Shown one piece after another: positions 8,518-16,141 of a DNA stretch of 27,547 bases (its first letter is position 1; each line of letters starts with the position of its first letter). The notes beneath the pieces were generated by a model, which did not search any database, was not told where the DNA came from, and saw only the letters and a program-made list of their open reading frames with translations. This DNA comes from Clostridia bacterium (lineage in GTDB: Bacteria > Bacillota > Clostridia > UMGS1883), in assembly GCA_045643845.1 (NCBI GenBank), contig JAZRFX010000111.1, forward strand, positions 1 through 27,547, in the 5' to 3' direction. The position numbers and the translations under genes are program-made.

Positions 8518-9630
8518 TTAAGGCTTCAATGCGGTACTGTTATTAAGAAGCGCCGTGCTGTAGATAAAGAGCACATCGCTGTTTTCAAAATTTGCAAACG
8601 CGCTTACATAACTGCTTGAAAGCATATAGCGGATATCAAAAACTGTGATTTTCTTGTATCCTTCAGCGAAAAGCGGAGCCAGACTGCTTCCGAATGAGTC
8701 GCGGAATATGATAAGCTCCTTATCAGTTTTGGCGTTGGGATTTTCTATTATTACAATCGATTCGGAGCCTGAAAGGAACATCTCGTACGGGTCCTTGCCC
8801 TGCGCCTTCTCCATATTGTACATATCGCCTTTAACGGGCATTCCCATATTGTTGAAATATGTCACGGTAGATCCTTCAAGAGTATCATTCGTAAGATACT
8901 TTATGCGGTCAGGCTCTACAGGAAGTCCGTATTGACCGCTGTAAACCCCGTAAAACGGATTTTTCAGCTCGTTAATAATGTAACCACTCTTTACATCCGT
9001 TCCCATTTCAGAGGCGATATATTCGGCGATATCGATTATCTCCTCCTGCTTCCAATGGGTATCGGTCGCGTAGTAATCATCAAGCGAGAGCTTTTTGGTT
9101 ATATCAATATACTTCATATACGGAGTCTTATCGCGCATTTTCTTTATGAAGCTCTCATAATCAAGCGAAGGGAAACCATTCTTATCGCTGATGTATAAGT
9201 TCTTATCGGGAACTATCGAAAAATAAACATTGGTATTTTTATCTTTCATATTTTTTTCATAAAGAGTTTTGAAAATTCCCGCCGCGTAGTCGAGCATTTT
9301 TTCGTCTTCTTTTTCATCAAGCTTGGAAAGATGACCGTACGCTCTGAAAACGCCGTTATTTTCAGCCTGCATAAGAACTCTTTCGGCGAAAAATGTTTTT
9401 ATGCCGCGGACAAAATCGCGTGCAGGGAACTGGTCCGCCGTGTAAATTTCAAAATTCTTCATAAATTCTCCGCTTGCAACCGTTGACGCGCTTAAATTCG
9501 GCATTTGCGCAAGCGGGCGTCTCTCGCTGATCGAAACATCAGTATCAGGCTTAAAGTAACAGACCGCGGAAATAGAAAATACGAAAACTATGAAAATAAC
9601 AGTCATTATGATGCTTTTTATTTTACTCAT
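8518..9630 (-). CDS. DHHW-family (AlgJ/AlgX-like SGNH) membrane-anchored O-acetyltransferase component
   Basis: GGAGGAG RBS gives ATG 9630, not the ORF-track GTG 9645. N-terminal TM anchor, SERRPLA, TDTHW (DxHW) and FRDSFG (GDS-like nucleophile motif). Directly downstream of an MBOAT gene. Confidence 0.85.
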   Translation of the reverse strand: MSKIKSIIMTVIFIVFVFSISAVCYFKPDTDVSISERRPLAQMPNLSASTVASGEFMKNFEIYTADQFPARDFVRGIKTFFAERVLMQAENNGVFRAYGHLSKLDEKEDEKMLDYAAGIFKTLYEKNMKDKNTNVYFSIVPDKNLYISDKNGFPSLDYESFIKKMRDKTPYMKYIDITKKLSLDDYYATDTHWKQEEIIDIAEYIASEMGTDVKSGYIINELKNPFYGVYSGQYGLPVEPDRIKYLTNDTLEGSTVTYFNNMGMPVKGDMYNMEKAQGKDPYEMFLSGSESIVIIENPNAKTDKELIIFRDSFGSSLAPLFAEGYKKITVFDIRYMLSSSYVSAFANFENSDVLFIYSTALLNNSTALKP

Positions 9631-9645
9631 ATTATCTCCTCCCAC

Positions 9646-11046
9646 TTAAAATCTGAAATATAAGAACGGATTAAATGAGCCGTCTACAAGATATGCCGTA
9701 GTAACAACAAGAAGAATTAAAAGAACGGGAATTTCTATAATATCAAGGAAAACGCGTCCTTTTTCAGAGTTCTCAAGCTTTTCTTTTATCTTTATTCCAA
9801 GTGGCGTTGAGGCTATAATCGCAATCAAAATTACAAAACCAAAGTTCCTTAAGTTATAGACAACTCCGCTTGAAACAAAGGGGAGAGAGCCATAGCCGAA
9901 CATTCCGCCTACATTCAAAAGCGCTTCTTTCATACTATTTCCTGCAAAAATTGCAAAGCTTATAGCGGTAAAGAACAATACATAAATATGTTTTAAAATC
10001 TTTGTTTTTTCAATGTGCTTTGAAAGGAAATATTTTTCAATAAGGAGCAATATTCCGAAATACACACCCCATATTATGAAATTCCATTCTGCACCGTGCC
10101 AGAATCCCGTCAAAAACCATACTGTGAATATGTTTATAAGAAGCTTTACTTTTCCCACACGGTTACCACCCATCGGGATATAAACATAGTCGCGGAACCA
10201 CGAGCCGAGCGAGATGTGCCATCTGCGCCAGAATTCGCTTATGCTTGATGAAATAAAGGGGTAGCGGAAGTTTTCCATGAAATCAAATCCGAAAAACTTA
10301 CCAAGACCGATAGCCATATCGCTATAACCTGAAAAGTCAAAATAAATCTGAAGCATAAACGCAATCACATAAAGCCAATAGAACATAACGGACTTATCGT
10401 CAGCCATTTTGAAATTTTCGCAAAGCTGACCTAAAGTGTTGGCAATAATTATCTTTTTTGAAAGACCTATTATAAATCTGCGTATGCCAAGAGCCGTTTT
10501 TTCAAAGGTGTGGGTTCTGTTTACAAGCTGCCGTTCAACATCAACATATCTTACAATAGGACCTGCAATAAGCTGTGGAAAAAGTGAAATATATGCGCCG
10601 AGCGTAACAGGATTTTTTTGTGCGGCAACATCCCCGCGATAAACATCCACCGTATAGCTTAAAATCTGAAAAGTATAAAAACTGATACCGATAGGAAGCG
10701 CAATGCGTAAAAGAGGCATTGAAAGACCTGTCAATGAATTGAAGTTTGTTATAAAGAAATCGGCATACTTAAAATAGCCAAGCACACCAAGGGATGCGAC
10801 TACCGAAAGTATAACGAAAAATTTTGAAAGCCATTTTCCGCGGGTTTTTTCAATTAAAATTCCCATAGCATAATTGAAAAGAACGGTTGCGATCATCAAA
10901 AATACATATCGTGGCTCGCCCCATGCGTAAAAAACAAGGCTCGACAAAAGCAGCACTGTATTTTTAAGAAATTTAGGTGCTATAAAGTACAAGATGATTA
11001 CAACGGGTAAAAAGTAGTATAAAAATGGAATACTTGAAAAAAGCAT
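9646..11046 (-). CDS. MBOAT O-acyltransferase, AlgI/PatA/DltB family
   Basis: LPIGISFYTFQ, FPQLIAGPIVRY, YFDFSGYSDMAIG, EFWRRWHISLGSWFRDYVYIPMGG, GFWHG (catalytic His), and C-terminal NPFLYFRF. Confidence 0.95.
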   Translation of the reverse strand: MLFSSIPFLYYFLPVVIILYFIAPKFLKNTVLLLSSLVFYAWGEPRYVFLMIATVLFNYAMGILIEKTRGKWLSKFFVILSVVASLGVLGYFKYADFFITNFNSLTGLSMPLLRIALPIGISFYTFQILSYTVDVYRGDVAAQKNPVTLGAYISLFPQLIAGPIVRYVDVERQLVNRTHTFEKTALGIRRFIIGLSKKIIIANTLGQLCENFKMADDKSVMFYWLYVIAFMLQIYFDFSGYSDMAIGLGKFFGFDFMENFRYPFISSSISEFWRRWHISLGSWFRDYVYIPMGGNRVGKVKLLINIFTVWFLTGFWHGAEWNFIIWGVYFGILLLIEKYFLSKHIEKTKILKHIYVLFFTAISFAIFAGNSMKEALLNVGGMFGYGSLPFVSSGVVYNLRNFGFVILIAIIASTPLGIKIKEKLENSEKGRVFLDIIEIPVLLILLVVTTAYLVDGSFNPFLYFRF

Positions 11047-11065
11047 AGCAATACTCCTTACAAAG

Positions 11066-11090
11066 AAAAAGCGGGGAAGCCCCCGCCTTT
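11066..11090 (-). terminator. Intrinsic terminator inside the lipoprotein-MBOAT-DHHW cassette
   Basis: Minus strand GCGGGG-GCTT-CCCCGC followed by TTTTTCTTT. Confidence 0.7.
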
Positions 11091-11092
11091 AA

Positions 11093-11785
11093 TTATTCTG
11101 CCTCTTCAAAACTTGTGGGGCACATTACAAAGAAAACTTTATTGCCTTGACTTCCTGTAACCATTTCGTCTGCAGATGTGCAGATGTTCCATCTGAGGTT
11201 AGCAGATTCTTTTAATGTTGCGATGAAGTCAGCTGCATTTGTGCCATCAGCAAGTGTGAAAACATAGCCAACAAAGGGGATTGTTCCAATCATGGGAGCA
11301 AACATTGCACCTTCGCTGAATCCTTTGATTTCTGCGTTTTCAAAGCCTACGAGATAGCCTTCCTCAACGGGCACTGCGCCACCGCCGAAAACGATTACTT
11401 CGTTAGTGATAAGTGCTTCTGCAATTGAAAGTGCAGATGAAGAATCAGTTGCGCTTTTCTTGAATGCTGAAAGAAGCGTCTGGCCTACTGTCTTGGGTTC
11501 TTCAGGCTTTTCTTCGGGCTTTGTTTCAGGTTTAACCTCAGGTTTTGCTTCGGGTGTTTCCTCGGGCTTAACCTCGGGTTTTGCTTCGGGCTTTTCCTCG
11601 GAAAGCTCCTCTTTTTCTTCTTCTTTTTCCTCTTCTGGTTTTACTTCAGGTTCTTTACCTGCTTCTTCATTTTCAACAACCTCGTTGCCGGAAGGGTTGA
11701 CTGCTTCCTCACTCTTTTTCTCTGTGCAAGCAGCAAGAGAAAAAGCAAGCATAAGTGCTAATATAAGCGAAAGTAATTTTTTCAT
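11093..11785 (-). CDS. Lipoprotein with a Glu/Pro/Lys-rich stalk and a C-terminal globular domain
   Basis: Signal peptide II MKKLLSLILALMLAFSLAA|C, E/K/P low-complexity linker, and a C-terminal domain containing FAPMIGTIPFVGYVF...ANLRWNICTSADE...VFFVMCP. Confidence 0.85.
   Translation of the reverse strand: MKKLLSLILALMLAFSLAACTEKKSEEAVNPSGNEVVENEEAGKEPEVKPEEEKEEEKEELSEEKPEAKPEVKPEETPEAKPEVKPETKPEEKPEEPKTVGQTLLSAFKKSATDSSSALSIAEALITNEVIVFGGGAVPVEEGYLVGFENAEIKGFSEGAMFAPMIGTIPFVGYVFTLADGTNAADFIATLKESANLRWNICTSADEMVTGSQGNKVFFVMCPTSFEEAE
11498..11594 (-). repeat. Degenerate 12-bp tandem repeat encoding (K/T)PE(A/V/E/T) units
   Basis: KPEAKPEVKPEETPEAKPEVKPETKPEEKPEEPK, about 8 units, inside the lipoprotein stalk. 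Confidence 0.75.
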
Positions 11786-11834
11786 ATAGTATTCTCCTTT
11801 TCGTCATAAATATTCTTGCGTTGTTTACAAATCC

Positions 11835-11863
11835 ATTATACAAAATAGCGCTATCTATGTCAA
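11835..11863 (-). promoter_or_regulatory. Consensus sigmaA promoter for the lipoprotein-MBOAT-DHHW cassette
   Basis: Minus strand TTGACA-17 bp-TATAAT, with an AAGGAG RBS before ATG 11785. Confidence 0.85.
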
Positions 11864-11868
11864 ATGTT

Positions 11869-12798
11869 TTATCTTTCTATCTGAGGTAAAGAATGTATGG
11901 CGCGCATAAGTTCGGAAAGCGATTCCGTGCGCCTTACAATTTTGTAAATTTTTTCTTCTTTTGGAAAATTCCACATCATAAATAGCCAGATTTCTTTTAA
12001 TTTATGCATTGTGAACTTATCGGTTGATAAAATGGCGTTATATCGCTCCCTGAGAAGCTCTGTGAATTCAACCATTTCGTCGGTAGTGATTGATTTCCCT
12101 CCGTGTATTTCGCGGAAAAGAGCAGGATTGGCTACTGCACCGCGCCCGAGCATTATGCTGTCAATATCGGGGAATGAGGAAACTACTTTATCGTAATCTT
12201 CTTTGGTAAAAATATTTCCGTTGTAACACAGCGGATTTTTTGAATTTTCATATGCAAACGAAAACGCATCAGTGTTTACATCGCCTTTGTAAAAATCGGC
12301 TCTGCAACGGGGATGAATGGTGAGGAGCTTTATCGGATACTTGTTGTAAAGCTTTAAAATATCGGAAAATTCATCGGGTGATGAAAAACCGATTCTTGTC
12401 TTGATTGAAATATCTATGTCGCACTTTTCAAAAATATCGTCAAGGAAATTTTCTAAAAGCTCCATTTCTCTCAAAAGTCCGCTTCCGCGCTTTTTGTTAA
12501 CAACTGTTGGAGAAGGACACCCTAAATTTATATTAACCTCGCCATAGCCGTACTCCTTAAGCTTTTCAGTAAACTTTAAAAATGAAACGCTGTTGTTGGT
12601 AAGTACCTGCACAACGGGACGGATGCCCGAATTGTTTTCGGGAAGCATATCGCGAAAGCCTTTTCTTCCTATTTTACTATTGTCGCTCGGAGAAATAAAA
12701 GGGGTGTAATAATCGTCGCACCCGCCAAAATATTCAGCGTGAGTGTTCCTGTATATATATCCTGTAATTCCCTCAAGCGGGGCGAATGATAATTTCAT
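11869..12798 (-). CDS. tRNA-dihydrouridine synthase (Dus) family protein
   Basis: APLEGIT, INLGCPSPTV (catalytic Cys), GSGLL, SIKTRIG, TIHPR, YNGNI, MLGRGAVANP. The AAGGTG RBS favours ATG 12798 over GTG 12807. Confidence 0.9.
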   Translation of the reverse strand: MKLSFAPLEGITGYIYRNTHAEYFGGCDDYYTPFISPSDNSKIGRKGFRDMLPENNSGIRPVVQVLTNNSVSFLKFTEKLKEYGYGEVNINLGCPSPTVVNKKRGSGLLREMELLENFLDDIFEKCDIDISIKTRIGFSSPDEFSDILKLYNKYPIKLLTIHPRCRADFYKGDVNTDAFSFAYENSKNPLCYNGNIFTKEDYDKVVSSFPDIDSIMLGRGAVANPALFREIHGGKSITTDEMVEFTELLRERYNAILSTDKFTMHKLKEIWLFMMWNFPKEEKIYKIVRRTESLSELMRAIHSLPQIER

Positions 12799-12815
12799 AA
12801 ATTTCACCTTGCTTC

Positions 12816-12850
12816 AAAAAAGAGCAATAGAAAAATTCTATTGCTCTTTT
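12816..12850 (-). terminator. Terminator-like hairpin overlapping the pflA stop codon
   Basis: 15-bp perfect inverted repeat AAAAGAGCAATAGAA-3 nt-TTCTATTGCTCTTTT. One arm encodes the last codons and TAG of pflA. Confidence 0.7.
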
Positions 12851-13590
12851 CTTGTTCTTACTTTTCGGATTCCCTCGAAAATATGTTCCTTTGCCTTAAC
12901 CGCTTTTTCGAAAGGCAGAGCGGGCAAATCTTTAAGAGGGTATTCGATGTTAAGGTCCTTGTATTTGTTTACTCCCATTGTGTGGTAGGGAAGAACATCG
13001 AGCGCGTGAACATTTGAAAGAGAACCGATAAATTCTCCAAGTTTCACAAGATCACTTGCCTCATCAGTAATTCCTTCAACAATAATATGTCGTACCCATA
13101 CGGGAATACCATTTTTTTCAAGGAATTTAGCAAATCCAAGTACCGCCTTGTTGTCGTGCCCCGTAAGGCTTTTGTGCTTTTCGGGATCAATATGCTTTAT
13201 GTCAAGCATAACAAGGTCTGTGTACTTGAGTAAAAGTTCAAGCTTCTTGATATATTCGGGATTTTCATTATAAGTAATGCCCGAAGTATCAATACAGGTG
13301 TGAATATTCTCCTCTTTAGCTTTTTTGAAAAGCTCGGTAAGAAAGTCAATCTGGAGCAAAGGTTCGCCGCCTGTCACAGTGATTCCACCGTCCTTATAAA
13401 AAGGACGGTTTTTATCATACTGCGAAATAATATCATCTACACTTATTTTTGTGCCGATGCCGATTTCCCATGTGTCGGGATTGTGGCAATATGCACAACG
13501 CATAGGACATCCCTGCATAAAGACAACGAATCTTATTCCGGGACCGTCAACCGTGCCGAAGCTTTCAGTAGAGTGTATAAAGCCTGTCAT
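12838..13590 (-). CDS. pflA: Pyruvate formate-lyase activating enzyme (radical SAM)
   Basis: HSTESFGTVDGPGIRFVVFMQGCPMRCAYCHNPDTW (CxxxCxxC), GGITVTGGEP, LPYHTMG. ATG overlaps the upstream TGA (TGATG). Confidence 0.97.
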   Translation of the reverse strand: MTGFIHSTESFGTVDGPGIRFVVFMQGCPMRCAYCHNPDTWEIGIGTKISVDDIISQYDKNRPFYKDGGITVTGGEPLLQIDFLTELFKKAKEENIHTCIDTSGITYNENPEYIKKLELLLKYTDLVMLDIKHIDPEKHKSLTGHDNKAVLGFAKFLEKNGIPVWVRHIIVEGITDEASDLVKLGEFIGSLSNVHALDVLPYHTMGVNKYKDLNIEYPLKDLPALPFEKAVKAKEHIFEGIRKVRTRKEQ

Positions 13591-13832
13591 CAGATGCTGT
13601 CGTGGAAGGTTCTTGAAATAACCTCATCCTGCTGTTCTTTAGTAAGCTTGATAAAGTTTACTGCGTATCCGCTAACTCTTACTGTAAGCTGGGGATATCT
13701 TTCAGGATGCTGCTGAGCATCGAGAAGTGTTTCCTTTGTGAAAACATTTACATTAAGATGATGGCCGCCTTTTTCAACGTAGCCGTCAAGAAGGGTTACC
13801 AAGTTATCAATCTGATTCTGTGTTGCTGCCAT
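13590..13832 (-). CDS. Stand-alone glycyl-radical domain (the C-terminal part of PFL encoded as a separate 80-aa gene; GrcA-like)
   Basis: AAGGAGG RBS 8 nt before ATG. LLDGY...GGHHLNVNV...[17 protein letters not shown]...[11 protein letters not shown]. The radical-bearing Gly is residue 55 (13668-13670). Confidence 0.95.
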   Translation of the reverse strand: MAATQNQIDNLVTLLDGYVEKGGHHLNVNVFTKETLLDAQQHPERYPQLTVRVSGYAVNFIKLTKEQQDEVISRTFHDSI

Positions 13833-13866
13833 AATTAGTTCCTCCTTAAAAATTTAATTTTTGAGA

Positions 13867-15966
13867 TTATTCTGCGTCAAGTCCCTCGAAAAGAGTGGGA
13901 GAGGAGCAAGCTCCGTTTGAGCAGTCAAGGTCTACTTCGATGTCGCCTGCGAAGATTCTATCATCCTTACCAAGCGCACCGGGGATAATTGAGAATGTAT
14001 TTGAAATACCATCCTGAGCATCAATGAAGGGAAGCTTTGAAACGCTTGCAAGTGAAGCAACTGCGCCGTGAGTATCTCTTCTGTGCATGGGGTTAGCACC
14101 GGGAGCGAACGCTTCACCCTTCTTACGACCATCAGGAGTAGCACCTGTGTTCTTACCATATACTACGTTAGATGTAATTGTAAGAATTGATGTTGTGGGG
14201 ATACCGTCACGATATGTATGGTTCTTTCTTACATGGTTCATGAATCTGTGAACGATATCGTATGCAATCTGGTCAACGCGGTCGTCGTCGTTACCATATT
14301 TGGGGAAGTCACCTTCAACTTCGTAATCTGTAACGATACCCTGTTCGTTACGGATTGTCTTAACCTTTGCATACTTAATAGCTGAAAGTGAGTCAGCTAC
14401 AACTGAAAGACCTGCGATACCTGTTGCGAACCAACGGGTAACATTCTTATCGTGAAGAGCCATCTGAATCTTTTCGTAGCAGTACTTATCGTGCATGTAA
14501 TGGATTACGTTAAGTGTGTTTACATAAACACCTGCGAGCCACTGCATCATCTGATCGTATTTGCGCATAACTTCATCGTAATCAAGATATTCAGACTTGA
14601 TGGGTGTGTATTCGGGAGCAATCTGCTTACCTGAAATTTCGTCAACACCGCCGTTGATAGCGTAGAGAAGACACTTTGCAAGGTTAGCTCTTGCACCGAA
14701 GAACTGCATTTCCTTACCAACTCTCATTGAAGATACGCAACAAGCGATAGCGTAGTCATCGCCGTGAGTGAATCTCATAACATCATCGTTTTCATACTGA
14801 AGTGATGATGATTCGATTGAAACCCTAGCACAGTAGCGCTTGAAGTTTTCGGGAAGCTTCTTTGACCAAAGAACTGTAAGGTTGGGCTCGGGAGCGGGTC
14901 CGAGGTTTGTAAGTGTGTGAAGGTAACGGTAGCTCATCTTTGTAACCATGTGTCTGCCGTCGATTGCAACACCTGCGATAGATTCAGTAACCCACTGAGG
15001 ATCGCCTGAGAAGAGTGCGTTGTACTCAGGAGTACGAGCAAACTTGATAAGACGGAGCTTCATGATGAAATGGTCAATCATTTCCTGAAGTTCTTTTTCA
15101 GTGAATGTACCGTTCTTAAGGTCACGCTCAGCATAGATGTCAAGGAAGGTAGATGTTCTACCAAGTGACATTGCCGCACCGTTCTGTTCCTTAACAGCTG
15201 CAAGGTAACCAAAGTAGAGCCACTGGATAGCTTCCTTTGTGTTCTTTGCGGGCTTTGAAATATCAAATCCGTAGCTTGCTGCCATCTTCTTGAGATCTTC
15301 AAGAGCACGGAGCTGTTCAGAAAGTTCTTCTCTGAGACGGATGATATGTGAGTACATTGTGCTGCGGGTTGTTTCCTTCTGCTCAGCCTTGTCCTTGATA
15401 AGGAAATCAACGCCGTAGAGAGCAACTCTTCTGTAGTCGCCGATGATTCTACCACGACCGTAAGCGTCGGGAAGACCTGTGATGATGTGGCTTGAACGAC
15501 AAGCTCTCATTTCAGGAGTGTAAGCATCAAATACACCTGCGTTATGAGTCTTTCTATGTGTTTCGAAAAATTCCTTTACAGCAGGGTCGATTGTATAACC
15601 GTTATCAGCACAAGCTTTTTCAGCCATACGGATACCACCATAGGGCATAAGAGCACGCTTGAGAGGCTTGTCTGTCTGGAAGCCTACGATCTGTTCCTTG
15701 TCCTTGTCAAGGTATGCAGGACCGTGTGAAGTGATTGTTGAAATGATGCTTGTGTCCATATCGAGAACACCGCCGGCTTCACGCTCCTGCTTTGAAAGTT
15801 CGAGAACCTGTTCCCAAAGATCAAGTGTGTTCTGAGTGGGAGATTCAAGGAAACTTTCATCTCCGTCGTAAGGTGTGTAATTGTGCTTGATAAAGCTTCT
15901 TACATTAACCTCTTTTGTCCAGGTTCCGCCTTCGAAACCTTCCCAAAATTCAGAATTAGTGTACAT
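13867..15966 (-). CDS. pflB: Pyruvate formate-lyase catalytic barrel lacking the glycyl-radical domain, with a 30-aa non-homologous tail
   Basis: [40 protein letters not shown] (Cys-Cys at 14737-14742), [27 protein letters not shown], then a divergent tail and TAA. The AGAGGG RBS favours ATG 15966 over GTG 15984. Confidence 0.95.
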   Translation of the reverse strand: MYTNSEFWEGFEGGTWTKEVNVRSFIKHNYTPYDGDESFLESPTQNTLDLWEQVLELSKQEREAGGVLDMDTSIISTITSHGPAYLDKDKEQIVGFQTDKPLKRALMPYGGIRMAEKACADNGYTIDPAVKEFFETHRKTHNAGVFDAYTPEMRACRSSHIITGLPDAYGRGRIIGDYRRVALYGVDFLIKDKAEQKETTRSTMYSHIIRLREELSEQLRALEDLKKMAASYGFDISKPAKNTKEAIQWLYFGYLAAVKEQNGAAMSLGRTSTFLDIYAERDLKNGTFTEKELQEMIDHFIMKLRLIKFARTPEYNALFSGDPQWVTESIAGVAIDGRHMVTKMSYRYLHTLTNLGPAPEPNLTVLWSKKLPENFKRYCARVSIESSSLQYENDDVMRFTHGDDYAIACCVSSMRVGKEMQFFGARANLAKCLLYAINGGVDEISGKQIAPEYTPIKSEYLDYDEVMRKYDQMMQWLAGVYVNTLNVIHYMHDKYCYEKIQMALHDKNVTRWFATGIAGLSVVADSLSAIKYAKVKTIRNEQGIVTDYEVEGDFPKYGNDDDRVDQIAYDIVHRFMNHVRKNHTYRDGIPTTSILTITSNVVYGKNTGATPDGRKKGEAFAPGANPMHRRDTHGAVASLASVSKLPFIDAQDGISNTFSIIPGALGKDDRIFAGDIEVDLDCSNGACSSPTLFEGLDAE

Positions 15967-16011
15967 TTTAAATCCCTCTTTCACTAATCGGCAAAAATGC
16001 CGTAATATAAA

Positions 16012-16065
16012 CTAATATGTGCGGCAAAATGTATAAGAAAATCTACACATCCTGTCGCACATTAG
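16012..16065 (-). other. Long stem-loop at the 5' end of the predicted pfl mRNA
   Basis: AUGUGCG-a-CAGGAUGUGUAG-auuuuc-UUAUACAUUUUG-c-CGCACAU: 7 bp + 12 bp, with four G-U pairs that form only on the sense strand. Confidence 0.55.
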
Positions 16066-16094
16066 ATTATAACATATTAATTTAATTAAGTAAA
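16066..16094 (-). promoter_or_regulatory. sigmaA-type promoter of the pfl operon
   Basis: TTTACT-17 bp-TATAAT with TGn, preceded by an AT-rich, UP-element-like tract (16095-16140). Confidence 0.7.
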
Positions 16095-16141
16095 TAGTAT
16101 TTTCGCATAAAATACAAAATTTTTACAAAAATTTATTTTAC

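Noticed and set aside
11845-11854. Palindrome ATAGCGCTAT in the spacer of the lipoprotein-cassette promoter as an operator
   Set aside because: Only 10 bp, so many are expected by chance in 27 kb. There is no second copy and no adjacent regulator.
13833-13959. Frameshift, nonsense mutation or pseudogene explanation for the split pflB
   Set aside because: A point lesion would leave continuous homology in another frame. Instead there is a 30-codon unrelated tail, an AT-rich spacer, a full AAGGAGG RBS and a new ATG. Read-level confirmation is still advisable.
15967-16065. ZMP/ZTP (pfl) riboswitch or Rex operator upstream of pflB
   Set aside because: I could not find the riboswitch's conserved GACUG..GGA and 3' GCC.GGGC elements, or a TTGTGAA-n4-TTCACAA-like Rex box. 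A covariance-model scan would be decisive.
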